From positions 100,119-164,118 of the IMG/VR virus record IMGVR_UViG_3300025874_000005: a stretch of DNA of 64,000 bases, one strand, 5' to 3'. The position numbers and the translations under genes are program-made. The notes beneath the pieces were generated by a model, which saw only the letters and a list, made by a program, of their open reading frames with translations, was not told where the DNA came from and made no database searches. This document shows positions 1 through 9,088 of the stretch, piece after piece. Each line of letters opens with the position of its first letter. The first letter of the stretch is position 1. This DNA is from a virus.

Positions 1-9
1 TGGTATGAA

Positions 10-1239
10 ATGGAATATGATGGAGATAGAGCATGGTACCCAAAAATAAAATTTCAATTTAATGTAGCAGATTTTCCAATCAACGAAGGGATGAGTAAAG
101 CAGGCATCAAAAAACAAATCAAAGATGCAGAAGAAATATTAGATAGTGGTGAAGCTAATGGTGAACCTTTAACTTCTGAAACAGAAATGTTAGTACAGAA
201 AGAACTTAAAAGACTACTTTCACTATACAAATCAGTTAACGAAATGGATATAAATGACCCAGTACTCGTAAAAATAAGAGCTGCTAAAGATAGAACTGAT
301 AAAATACTATCCCAACCTAAATCAGATTTCGGTAAAGAATATGGTGATGCTGTTAAAAAAGCTCGTGGTGGTAATAATAATGATACTAAACTTAGATTTC
401 TTAAGAAAGAAAGAGATCAATTAATGCGTGATATGGAGCAAGAAGCTGAACCAGAAGGTGGACCAATTGCTGATGAATATGGTAGTAAACTAAACCGTAT
501 AGATAATGCAATTGCTAAACTATCAGGTAGAAAAGAAATGACTTATGACCAAGCAATAGCTGAAGGTAAAAAAATAGGAAAAAATTCATATAAAACTAGA
601 ACTGCTATAAACACAGCACCTGGAAAAACAGAAGATAAAGAAGTAATAATTGATAACATAAGTGATCTTGATAATGTTACTATTAGATGGAGAGGAACTA
701 ACCATCATGGTAATAAAACACTTACAAATTTAAAATTTAAACAAGAATCTAAAGGTGATGATGATTTAATGGCAATATCAAATGATGATAAATGGCTATT
801 TATAGTAGATAGGGATGACGACACAGGGGAGATAGATTGGAATACTTTAATCGTAGATAGTAGAGAATTAGAACAAGACGATGGTAGCTATGCCGTAGAT
901 TCTGAAGATAGAATAAATACTAAAGAATCAATAGATGAAAGTGCTTCAACAGAAGAAAAAAGAATTGCCTTACGTGCTATTAAAAGTATAGCTAAGTATA
1001 GAGGTGTTAGTGAAGATGAAGCAAAACGAGATCTTACTAGAGCAATTGAACAGTTAGGTAGTTTAAAAGAAGCAATTAAAGATATTAAAGAAACTACTGA
1101 ATTAGGAAAAAATCTAACTGAAGAACTTTGTGCTAAAGGTAAAGCATATAGAAAGAAAAGAATGGCAGCTGGTGAGAAATCATCTGCTTACTTGAATGGT
1201 CGTGCTGTTAAAGTATGTAAAGGTCAAATGAAAGGGTAG
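10..1239 (+). CDS. Highly charged hypothetical protein, putative head-internal protein; may be 5'-truncated by the window edge
   Basis: 409-aa ORF open from the window start; K/E/D-rich segments separated by INE/VNE/IAE/IDE/LKE/LTE motifs; basic C-terminal LCAKGKAY...SAY...VKVCKG module. Confidence 0.55.
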   Translation: MEYDGDRAWYPKIKFQFNVADFPINEGMSKAGIKKQIKDAEEILDSGEANGEPLTSETEMLVQKELKRLLSLYKSVNEMDINDPVLVKIRAAKDRTDKILSQPKSDFGKEYGDAVKKARGGNNNDTKLRFLKKERDQLMRDMEQEAEPEGGPIADEYGSKLNRIDNAIAKLSGRKEMTYDQAIAEGKKIGKNSYKTRTAINTAPGKTEDKEVIIDNISDLDNVTIRWRGTNHHGNKTLTNLKFKQESKGDDDLMAISNDDKWLFIVDRDDDTGEIDWNTLIVDSRELEQDDGSYAVDSEDRINTKESIDESASTEEKRIALRAIKSIAKYRGVSEDEAKRDLTRAIEQLGSLKEAIKDIKETTELGKNLTEELCAKGKAYRKKRMAAGEKSSAYLNGRAVKVCKGQMKG

Positions 1240-1240
1240 T

Positions 1241-1777
1241 ATGAAAGATTTAAAAATAATACAAGAATTTTTTTCTAAACCTATCTATGAAAATGAAATA
1301 GATAGTTTAGGTGATGCTTTAGCTGATGAAATAAAAGATACCTTAGAAGATAAAAAAGATGAATTAAAAGAAATAGTTGATCCTATAACAATTTTATCTA
1401 CAGTATTAGCTAGCACAACATTAATCAACATTATAGCTAAATTCTCAGGTAAAATATTTAAAAAATATAATTTTGGTAAAGGTGAAGAAGCAGCTAAAAA
1501 AATCTATGATTTTACTCATAAATTAGAACAAGATTTTAAGGGACCCATTAAACGTGTAGTTTCATTATTTTCTAAAGATCCAAAAACAATAAAATTGGTA
1601 ACTGATGGTTTATATGCTTTATTAATTTTAAGTTTAGGTGTTAAAGCCGGTAGTGGAGCAGTACAAAGTTTATCAAAAGGTAATATAGCATCAGGAACCA
1701 TTAGTGGTTTAAAGGCAGCTTTAAAAGGTAAAGATTTAACTACACTAATTAAAGATATAGCAGGAGCAGTAACATGA
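1241..1777 (+). CDS. Hypothetical protein with hydrophobic/amphipathic helices
   Basis: 178-aa ORF tightly coupled to its neighbours; hydrophobic stretches ITILSTVLASTTLINIIA and GLYALLILSLGV. Confidence 0.55.
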   Translation: MKDLKIIQEFFSKPIYENEIDSLGDALADEIKDTLEDKKDELKEIVDPITILSTVLASTTLINIIAKFSGKIFKKYNFGKGEEAAKKIYDFTHKLEQDFKGPIKRVVSLFSKDPKTIKLVTDGLYALLILSLGVKAGSGAVQSLSKGNIASGTISGLKAALKGKDLTTLIKDIAGAVT

Positions 1778-2064
1778 TAACAGAAGAAAGAGTATATGAA
1801 ATAGTTAAAGAATCCTTACGTGATTGGTTTAAAAAAGAAAATTGGGTAAGAATTAACACATCAGGTAATATTGCAGGTGATTGTGGTACTATGAAAAAAG
1901 GAAAGGCCACTACCAGATGTTTACCTAAGAAAAAAGCTCAATCTTTGTCAAAATCAGAAAGAAAATCTACAGTTGCTAAGAAAGTTAGGGGTAGTAAAAA
2001 AGGAAAACAATTTGTAAAAAATACAAAGTCCGCAAAATATCGAAAAGGAACGTATGAGAAATAA
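1774..2064 (+). CDS. Small basic hypothetical protein
   Basis: ATGA overlap with the upstream stop; K/R-rich; LRDWF...WVRI...CG...CLP pattern. Confidence 0.6.
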   Translation: MITEERVYEIVKESLRDWFKKENWVRINTSGNIAGDCGTMKKGKATTRCLPKKKAQSLSKSERKSTVAKKVRGSKKGKQFVKNTKSAKYRKGTYEK

Positions 2065-2071
2065 TTTTTAC

Positions 2072-2081
2072 ATATTTATAA
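2072..2081 (+). promoter_or_regulatory. Putative phage late promoter motif ATATTTATAA
   Basis: Exact copy of the recurrent intergenic motif, 31 nt before ATG 2113. Confidence 0.65.
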
Positions 2082-2112
2082 TAAAATTAATCAACAGAAA
2101 AATACAAATATA

Positions 2113-2775
2113 ATGAAAAAATCGGAATTAAAAGAAATCATCAAAAGTCAGTTTTTAGCTGAAGCTGATGACTCTAAAAAAGGAAACAGCGAAGAACAAA
2201 AACGAATGGAAGGTGCCATTCGTGATGATAGAGATCACATTAAAAATCTTGAAAAAGACATTAAAGATAACGAAGAAAAATTAGCTAAATTAAAGAAAGA
2301 CTTTAAAAAAGATGTTAATGAAGCTGAGGATGTTGATGTTGAAGATAATGAAGATATTGATGTTGAAGATAATGAAGATATTGATGTAGATATTGAAGAT
2401 GATGTTAACATTGATGATGAATCATCCAAATCAGAAATTGAAGTTGATTCAGAATTAGCAGGTGAAGATTCTGATGTAGCAGCTATATTAGGTCTTTTAA
2501 CTAAGGCACAAGAAGAAGCTAAAGGTTTAGGAGATGAAAAACTATTAGACCAAATAGGAAATACAATTACTTATTATACTAGAGCACACGTTGTAGCTAC
2601 TAATGAAGAACAAGGAATGGATCCTGAAAGATTCGTAGGTTCGGGTGGTGATGAAGTTGATTCTGATAGTATAGTTAATGTAACAAAAGACAACCCAGCT
2701 GAAGATGCTGAGATTGGATTTGCATTAGATGAGTCAATTCAAAGATTTGCTAAATTAGCAGGATTAGAAAAATAA
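2113..2775 (+). CDS. Acidic scaffold-like/prohead core protein
   Basis: N-terminal MKKSELKEIIK leader, D/E-rich middle, C-terminal ESIQRFAKLAGL resembling the scaffold C-terminus. Confidence 0.55.
   Translation: MKKSELKEIIKSQFLAEADDSKKGNSEEQKRMEGAIRDDRDHIKNLEKDIKDNEEKLAKLKKDFKKDVNEAEDVDVEDNEDIDVEDNEDIDVDIEDDVNIDDESSKSEIEVDSELAGEDSDVAAILGLLTKAQEEAKGLGDEKLLDQIGNTITYYTRAHVVATNEEQGMDPERFVGSGGDEVDSDSIVNVTKDNPAEDAEIGFALDESIQRFAKLAGLEK
2333..2387 (+). repeat. 24-bp in-frame tandem repeat (DVEDNEDI, about 2.3 copies)
   Basis: ttgatgttgaagataatgaagata at 2333-2356 and 2357-2380, with a partial third copy. Confidence 0.85.
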
Positions 2776-2810
2776 ATAAAAACAGTTATTAACAAATAAA
2801 ATTTATAAAA

Positions 2811-2966
2811 ATGGACACAAAAGAATTATTAGAAGGAATTAAAGAACAAGTATTATTAATTGAAGCAGAATTAGAAAAAACAAGTGCTGCCGCAAAGGGT
2901 AGATGTAGATCTGCTGCCAATAAAATTAAAAACTTATCTGCTGATTTCAAAAGAAACCATAAATAG
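2811..2966 (+). CDS. Small basic protein, histone H1-like Hc1 family-like (not in the ORF track)
   Basis: Manual translation MDTKELLEGIKEQVLLIEAELEKTSAAAKGRCRSAANKIKNLSADFKRNHK (51 aa); A-rich leader; TAG ends 2 nt before the next ATG. Confidence 0.65.
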   Translation: MDTKELLEGIKEQVLLIEAELEKTSAAAKGRCRSAANKIKNLSADFKRNHK

Positions 2967-2968
2967 GA

Positions 2969-5113
2969 ATGAACGAGCGTAAACTGTCAAAAGCAGAACT
3001 CAAAAAGAGGGAAGATATTATCATGAATATGAAAGGTAACAAACGTGACCTTGTTAAAAAATATGGTAAAGATGCTGAGGCAGTTATGTATGGACGTGCA
3101 ACTAATATGGCTAAAAAACAAACAAAAGAAATGAGAGATCCTAATTTAACAGAGTTGATTAAAGATGCATTAAAAAACCCATCAAAAGCAGATTTAAATA
3201 AGGATGGAAAGCTATCAGATTATGAAAAAACTAGGGGGGCTGCTATTGAAAAAAACATAAAAGAATTAGACTCATCAATTCCGTTGGGAAAAGATTTTAC
3301 TTATGATTATGAAGATATAGGTCAATTTTATTTAGAAGGTTTTGGTAGACCACACTCATTAAATAATAGTGAATTAGAAGCATTAGGTAAGCAAATTGTT
3401 GGTAGACTATATGGTGGTAACATTAGTAAAGCCTATGATGATTTAAAAAATAAAGGTAAAATGAATGAAGTAGAATTACCTACATCAATTATCCAGAAAT
3501 TTGCTAATGAAATTAAGGACCCCCAAGGATTTGCAAAAGCAATGCTTGGGATTTTTAATTCTATACAAGATAAAGAACAAAAAGATTATTCTAAAAATCA
3601 AAAATTTGGAAGAGTACTTAGTTATTTAAAAGATATAGCCGATAGTGAAGCTGAAGAAATAAATGAAGCACCAGGAACAACATTAGATTTATCTCAAGAT
3701 GATATGGATAAACTTCATCAAAGTGGTAAATTAGAACTTGATGGTCATAAACTTTTATATAAAGTAAAAGAAGATATTGATTTAGGTCATGAAGATAATG
3801 AACCTGGAATGCTTAAAGCAGAGCTTTACCATATTGGTAGTTATGCTATGGAATTATATAAAATGATGGATGATTTAGAAGGTATGGGAGAAATTGATTT
3901 CCCTGCTTGGTGGCAATCAAAAATCACAACAGCTAAAAATAATATATCAGGAGCTAAACATTATCTTGAATTTGAACTTAAAGAACCTAAAATTGATGCC
4001 GTAGTTGATGTAGCTACAGACGTAGTAGATGAAGAAATAGGCCAACTAGGCACAGATGGTGATACAGGATTTCAAGCGTCATTATACACACCAAACGAAT
4101 TAGGTGATGCATCAGTAGGAAGAGAATATGCATCAGGAGCATTTGAGGAAAGTAAAAAACCAATAGAAGAAGCAATGAATATGAATAAATGGCGCCGCGC
4201 CTACAACGGAAAAGCATTTGCTAAAAAAACAGTATATTTAACAGATTATAATAATAATAAAAAGAGATATACTATTTATTTTAAATATAAGGAAACACCA
4301 TCTAAAGATGTTGTATCACTTAAAGAATCTCATTATGGTAATCATGAAGGTAGTGGAATGGCATTTGCAATGTCTAATTTACAAAACAAACCAGTATATC
4401 AATTTACATCTGATGATAAATTTGAGTGGGACAATGAAGAAGAATTTGATGCTTGGGTAGCAGAAGGACCTAAAGGTTTAGAAAGTTTACTAAGCTTTTT
4501 CTTAGGTGGTAGAAATGTTGATGATGCTATTAAATCTTGGTTTGACACAGGTGTTACTGATAAAAGTAAATTAAAAATAGGACCTGCAGAATATTATCCA
4601 GATGCAGCCGTAAATGAATCTACTTCTAAACATAGTTCAATAGCAGAAAAATTAGCTAAAGAGTTAAAAGAAGGTTTACCTAAAGGATTTTGGGATAAAA
4701 AAATCGATGCTAAAGATGAAGACCAAGATGGTAAAATAGATGAAGACTTAAAAGGTCTAATGGCACAGGGAGAAAAAATAGCTGCATTTGCTAATAAGCA
4801 AAGTGGGTATGAAGGGGGTGTATCTTCACCTGTAAGAGGTGTTTTAGCAGCTATGGCAGCAGCGGGTGCACCTGATTTTGATGGTGATGATGAAATGGTA
4901 AGTTATTATACTAGAAAATTAACTAAAGCTATTGAAACTCAAAAAGGTAAAAAATATATGAGTGGTTTTTCTATTGATGAATCATACGATACTTTAGTTA
5001 ATAAAATTAAAAAACAAGGTAAATCTAGTAAGGCAGCTAAAGCAATTGCAGGTGCAGTAGCATCATATAAAGCAAAAGGCGGAGGTAAAGGCCCAACAGC
5101 AAAACAAAAATAA
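2969..5113 (+). CDS. Large modular charged protein, putative head-internal protein
   Basis: 714 aa; modules separated by IKE/MNE/INE/VKE/VNE/LKE/IDE; DLNKDGKLSDYE and DEDQDGKIDE DxDxDG-like loops; basic C-terminus. Confidence 0.55.
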   Translation: MNERKLSKAELKKREDIIMNMKGNKRDLVKKYGKDAEAVMYGRATNMAKKQTKEMRDPNLTELIKDALKNPSKADLNKDGKLSDYEKTRGAAIEKNIKELDSSIPLGKDFTYDYEDIGQFYLEGFGRPHSLNNSELEALGKQIVGRLYGGNISKAYDDLKNKGKMNEVELPTSIIQKFANEIKDPQGFAKAMLGIFNSIQDKEQKDYSKNQKFGRVLSYLKDIADSEAEEINEAPGTTLDLSQDDMDKLHQSGKLELDGHKLLYKVKEDIDLGHEDNEPGMLKAELYHIGSYAMELYKMMDDLEGMGEIDFPAWWQSKITTAKNNISGAKHYLEFELKEPKIDAVVDVATDVVDEEIGQLGTDGDTGFQASLYTPNELGDASVGREYASGAFEESKKPIEEAMNMNKWRRAYNGKAFAKKTVYLTDYNNNKKRYTIYFKYKETPSKDVVSLKESHYGNHEGSGMAFAMSNLQNKPVYQFTSDDKFEWDNEEEFDAWVAEGPKGLESLLSFFLGGRNVDDAIKSWFDTGVTDKSKLKIGPAEYYPDAAVNESTSKHSSIAEKLAKELKEGLPKGFWDKKIDAKDEDQDGKIDEDLKGLMAQGEKIAAFANKQSGYEGGVSSPVRGVLAAMAAAGAPDFDGDDEMVSYYTRKLTKAIETQKGKKYMSGFSIDESYDTLVNKIKKQGKSSKAAKAIAGAVASYKAKGGGKGPTAKQK

Positions 5114-5114
5114 C

Positions 5115-5555
5115 ATGACATCAGCAGAATTAAGGGAAAAGATAAGATTACTTGTCCCAACTGTTGTTGGTAACAAGAAACAAGCAGAAGCAGCTGCTGT
5201 GGAATATGATGAATTAACAAAATTCCCAGAGTTAAAAGCTATTATTGTTGACTTGTTAACTCATGAATTTGATTCTTTTTTATCATCAATTGATTGGGTT
5301 GCCCCAAAACCATCAACTTTTAGAATAAATTTAAAAAATGATCAAGCTTTTTATTTAACATACTCAAGAACAAGTTGGGTAGCTCAAGTAGAAGGTAAAA
5401 GATATTACTTATTAAATCTACCAGAAGAAGAAAGAGCAACAGAAGCTATTGCACGTATTTTAAGATATGGTGTAAAGGCTGACACTGATGCTGTTGAAGG
5501 TGGTGGAGAAGATGTAGATGTGGAGGTAGATGATAACGTTGATATAGACATATAA
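5115..5555 (+). CDS. Hypothetical protein with acidic C-terminal tail
   Basis: 146-aa ORF, translationally coupled on both sides. Confidence 0.6.
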   Translation: MTSAELREKIRLLVPTVVGNKKQAEAAAVEYDELTKFPELKAIIVDLLTHEFDSFLSSIDWVAPKPSTFRINLKNDQAFYLTYSRTSWVAQVEGKRYYLLNLPEEERATEAIARILRYGVKADTDAVEGGGEDVDVEVDDNVDIDI

Positions 5556-6592
5556 TGGATAATATAACAAAATATTTACATAAAATAGCATATAAATTTC
5601 CTAAAGGATATCCTGATATGGGTGATCCTAAAGATAAAGATATGTTATTTGAATTAATAAAAACTGTAATAGAAGCAGAAGAAGAAGTAGAAATTGATGT
5701 CAAAACATCACAACCTTCTGGGGGGTCTGAAACATATAATGATACTATTAGATATGCTATATATGGTAAAGATTACAAAGATAAACCAATTCCAAAACCT
5801 AAGAGTAAATACCCTTATAAAAATTCTACATTTAGTATAGCAGTTAGCTCTGAAGATAAAGAATTATTTACCAAACTATACCCTGTTAAACCCCCAAAAG
5901 TAGGAAAAGAAATAGGTAGTGCTGGTTCTTTAGGTGTGGGGAATGGAGAAATTGCATTATATTGGTTATATCATTTTTCAAATAGTGCTAAAGTAACAGA
6001 AGGTAGAGAAAAAGATGACCCGGATTTATACTTTAACAATCAGGGAGTAGAGGTTAAATCTTGGAGTACTGATAAAGGTTTACACGGTTTAGGAAGATTT
6101 GGAGCTGATAAAGAAAATTTATCATTACTTTCACTTATATTTGGGTTTAGTGCTCTAGTAAGTGTTTTTGATGGTGAAGGTGAATTGCCAAAAACAGTAA
6201 ATCCAACTAATTTTAGAGGATTTCAACTTACGGCTGCTATGGAAAAAGTAAAAGAGTTTAAAAGCCTTTTAAATAAAAATAGTGATTTAGTAGATGAATA
6301 TCCTTTATTTAAAAATATTAAATCTAATGTAGATAGAGTATACAATACATTAAATTTAGAAGATTCAGATAGCCCTCAGGATATGGGGAGAAAGATGGCA
6401 ATACAACTTTTAAAACCAAAATTAGATAGAAAACCAGGAGATGGTAACCATTTAGCAAATGTAAAAGACAATGGGGATATTAAATTCTTTCAAATTAATT
6501 TTGATGAATTAAAAAATAGTGATGAATTAATGAAAGACTTTGAAGTAAAACAGAGTGCAATTAGAATTAATTTTGATAAAATTTGGGGTTAA
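5555..6592 (+). CDS. Putative PD-(D/E)XK nuclease-fold protein with N-terminal leader
   Basis: GNGE helix followed by DPDL-x6-VEVKS, matching the E...PD...ExK catalytic pattern. Confidence 0.45.
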   Translation: MDNITKYLHKIAYKFPKGYPDMGDPKDKDMLFELIKTVIEAEEEVEIDVKTSQPSGGSETYNDTIRYAIYGKDYKDKPIPKPKSKYPYKNSTFSIAVSSEDKELFTKLYPVKPPKVGKEIGSAGSLGVGNGEIALYWLYHFSNSAKVTEGREKDDPDLYFNNQGVEVKSWSTDKGLHGLGRFGADKENLSLLSLIFGFSALVSVFDGEGELPKTVNPTNFRGFQLTAAMEKVKEFKSLLNKNSDLVDEYPLFKNIKSNVDRVYNTLNLEDSDSPQDMGRKMAIQLLKPKLDRKPGDGNHLANVKDNGDIKFFQINFDELKNSDELMKDFEVKQSAIRINFDKIWG

Positions 6593-6610
6593 AAAATAAA
6601 ATAAAACAAT

Positions 6611-7963
6611 ATGTGTAACTGCGGATGTAATACTTGTGATACTAATAAATCAACGTTAATGTTAAATGAAAATTTAGCACCGCGTGCTATATTGTCTGAG
6701 GGTTTAAAACACCATATAGACAACGATAAACCGCTTACTGAACATTTATACCGTGCGGGTTCACGTGCTTATTTTGATTTATTTGCAGAAGCAAGATCTT
6801 TATATAGTAGAGGCATTTTAAAATTTACTAATGAAGATGATTTAGCTTTACTTACAGAAACTAATTTAGGTCATTTTGGTATGTTTGAAGGTAAAAAAGT
6901 GCCTTTAGATTTTCCTATTGAATTAAATGAGCAAATGGACATATATGATGACATTGCAAATATGGAATTTGGAATGGATTATGACCAATTAGGTGATAAT
7001 GAAAAAGAATGGGTTCGTGATGAAATTGATAATATGGAAATGAATGAAGTTACCAGTTATAGTGGTTTTAATAGAAACCCAGAGGACCCAGATTCCGAAC
7101 CATTTCAACCAACAGGGTCAGTATCTGAATTTAGAGAAGATTTAAGAGCATTATTTGGTAAATTTAAGGGTGATTTAAAAAATCCTGAGTTTATAAAAGG
7201 AGTAGCTCAAATAATGGTTAATTGGAAATCACTTTTAAGAAGTCAATTAAATGAATCAGATTCTAAATATCCAAATTTTGATTTAAATAAAAATATAAAA
7301 TACAAAGATACATCTATTTCAAGTGGGATGTGGAGATACACAGGTCAAGAACAAGGTGGAGCAGGTGTTTATAGAAATTTAAATAATGGTCAAATATTAG
7401 CTTTTGATAGAAGTGATTTTGATATATTTAAAAATAATCTTAGCAGTCATTTTGATATAAATGAAGGAACATTTAATTCTCCTAACCATATTGCAATTTT
7501 TGATGGTCCTGATGGCATGGTAGATGTTTATAAGACACCAGAGGGTTATTATTTCCAAACTGATAATTATGATGGAGAAGCTTCTAATGCTAAAGAAGCA
7601 GCTAAATGGTTAAAAGATAATGGTTTTGTTAGATTACAAGCTGGTAGTTTAGATGAAGCTAAAAAGAAAAAAGCTAAGAAAAAAGATAATAGACCAATAG
7701 GAAAACCAATGCGTTCATCTTCAGGTGGAAAAGCTTACAAAGTATACGTTAAGGATCCTAAAACTAAAAAGATTAAAACCGTTAGATTTGGATCTGGTGG
7801 TTTAAGAGCAAAAATAAATGACTCTAAGGCCCGCGCAGCATTTGCAAAAAGACACAAATGTTCAACTAAAAAAGACAGAACTAAAGCAGGTTATTGGAGT
7901 TGTAGATTACCTAGATATGCAAAATTACTCGGACTCAAATCAAGCTTTTCTGGATTCTGGTAA
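6611..7963 (+). CDS. Modular hypothetical protein: Cys-rich N-terminus, basic C-terminal domain (FAKRHKC...AGYWSC)
   Basis: 450 aa; starts MCNCGCNTC; repeated LNE/MNE/INE/LDE junctions. Confidence 0.6.
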   Translation: MCNCGCNTCDTNKSTLMLNENLAPRAILSEGLKHHIDNDKPLTEHLYRAGSRAYFDLFAEARSLYSRGILKFTNEDDLALLTETNLGHFGMFEGKKVPLDFPIELNEQMDIYDDIANMEFGMDYDQLGDNEKEWVRDEIDNMEMNEVTSYSGFNRNPEDPDSEPFQPTGSVSEFREDLRALFGKFKGDLKNPEFIKGVAQIMVNWKSLLRSQLNESDSKYPNFDLNKNIKYKDTSISSGMWRYTGQEQGGAGVYRNLNNGQILAFDRSDFDIFKNNLSSHFDINEGTFNSPNHIAIFDGPDGMVDVYKTPEGYYFQTDNYDGEASNAKEAAKWLKDNGFVRLQAGSLDEAKKKKAKKKDNRPIGKPMRSSSGGKAYKVYVKDPKTKKIKTVRFGSGGLRAKINDSKARAAFAKRHKCSTKKDRTKAGYWSCRLPRYAKLLGLKSSFSGFW

Positions 7964-8228
7964 ACCATATATTGACTTAGAAGTTACAGATAATTATATT
8001 CTAAGACAATTTAATGAATCAATTGATCCTATAGAATTACTTTGGCATCGTGATGATGAAGACAGAGTAGTTGAAATTATAGGAGAAACTGATTGGAGTT
8101 TACAACTTGATAATTCCCTTCCATCTTCCCTTCAGGAACGTATATTTATACCTCGACATCAGTGGCATAGAGTAATCAAAGGCACTGGAAGTTTAAAACT
8201 TAAAATATATAAAAATGAACAAATGTGA
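7917..8228 (+). CDS. Small cupin-like protein (start uncertain: 7818 or 7917)
   Basis: WHRD...IFIPRHQWHRVIKG cupin-type His motifs; the nearest ATG (7917) overlaps the upstream gene by 47 nt. Confidence 0.55.
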   Translation: MQNYSDSNQAFLDSGKPYIDLEVTDNYILRQFNESIDPIELLWHRDDEDRVVEIIGETDWSLQLDNSLPSSLQERIFIPRHQWHRVIKGTGSLKLKIYKNEQM

Positions 8229-8283
8229 TTGTCAAATATGTAAGTGCGGTACTTCATGTAGTTGTACTTGTTGTAATTGTTAA
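8215..8283 (+). CDS. Metallothionein-like micro-protein, 22 aa with 9 Cys (not in the ORF track)
   Basis: ATG 8215 to TAA 8283 translates as MNKCDCQICKCGTSCSCTCCNC; fills the gap between two genes; AAAA directly before the ATG. Confidence 0.65.
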   Translation: MNKCDCQICKCGTSCSCTCCNC

Positions 8284-8288
8284 ATAAA

Positions 8289-8564
8289 ATGGAAAATTTC
8301 GATTATAAAAAATATTTAGCTGAAGGTCGCTTATACGAAAACGTATTAGCTCAAAAACTTAGAGACGAAGCAAAACACCCAGACTCAAAAGTGGGTGCTG
8401 CTATATTTAACAAGTATGCTGAAAAAGTAGAAAAAGCTAAAAAAGAAGATTATGTAAAACTTATAAAAGCTATGGAAAGCGAATTAATATCTAAACACCC
8501 TGATACATTCAGTGGTGAAGATGACATTCCAGGAAGCTTTTTACGTGAGGACAAAATAAATTAA
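8289..8564 (+). CDS. Hypothetical protein with NFDxxKYLAEG leader (start moved from TTG 8277 to ATG 8289)
   Basis: MENFDYKKYLAEGRL matches the N-terminus of the next gene; A-rich context before ATG 8289. Confidence 0.65.
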   Translation: MENFDYKKYLAEGRLYENVLAQKLRDEAKHPDSKVGAAIFNKYAEKVEKAKKEDYVKLIKAMESELISKHPDTFSGEDDIPGSFLREDKIN

Positions 8565-8569
8565 AATAA

Positions 8570-9052
8570 ATGAATAACTTCGATTTAACAAAATATTTAG
8601 CTGAAGGTAAGCTACTAAATGAATTCGTAGGTAAAGCCTTAGAAGATAGAAATCAACCTCTTTATGATAAATTAGTAGCAGGATCTGGCAAATCAGATAC
8701 TATGGAAGGTGAAATGTTAAGAGCTATTAATAGAATTGTTTATCGTTATTATAATGATGGAGATGAATACCATACAGGATATGGTACTGAAACAGCAGGA
8801 CCAGCTCATTCATTTTTGGTTAATGCTAACACAGGTGTAAGATCAGCAATGAATATGATATTTAGAAATGGAACTAATTATGAAGAAACTATTGAGGATG
8901 CTTTAGAGCATATTTTATCTCATATTGAAGCTAAACAAGGTAAATACACCCCTAATACAGTAGGTGATATGTTTGATTATGAAGCTGAATTTGAAGACGA
9001 TACATATGAAGAAGAAGATTATGATGATTATGATGATGATTATGATTATTAA
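8570..9052 (+). CDS. Hypothetical protein with NFDxxKYLAEG leader and acidic D/Y tail
   Basis: MNNFDLTKYLAEGKL; GEMLRAINRIVYRYYNDGD core. Confidence 0.6.
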   Translation: MNNFDLTKYLAEGKLLNEFVGKALEDRNQPLYDKLVAGSGKSDTMEGEMLRAINRIVYRYYNDGDEYHTGYGTETAGPAHSFLVNANTGVRSAMNMIFRNGTNYEETIEDALEHILSHIEAKQGKYTPNTVGDMFDYEAEFEDDTYEEEDYDDYDDDYDY

Positions 9053-9062
9053 TTAAAATAAT

Positions 9063-9072
9063 ATATTTATAA
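9063..9072 (+). promoter_or_regulatory. Putative late promoter motif ATATTTATAA
   Basis: Exact copy, 16 nt before ATG 9089. Confidence 0.65.
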
Positions 9073-9088
9073 TAAAAAATAATAAAAC

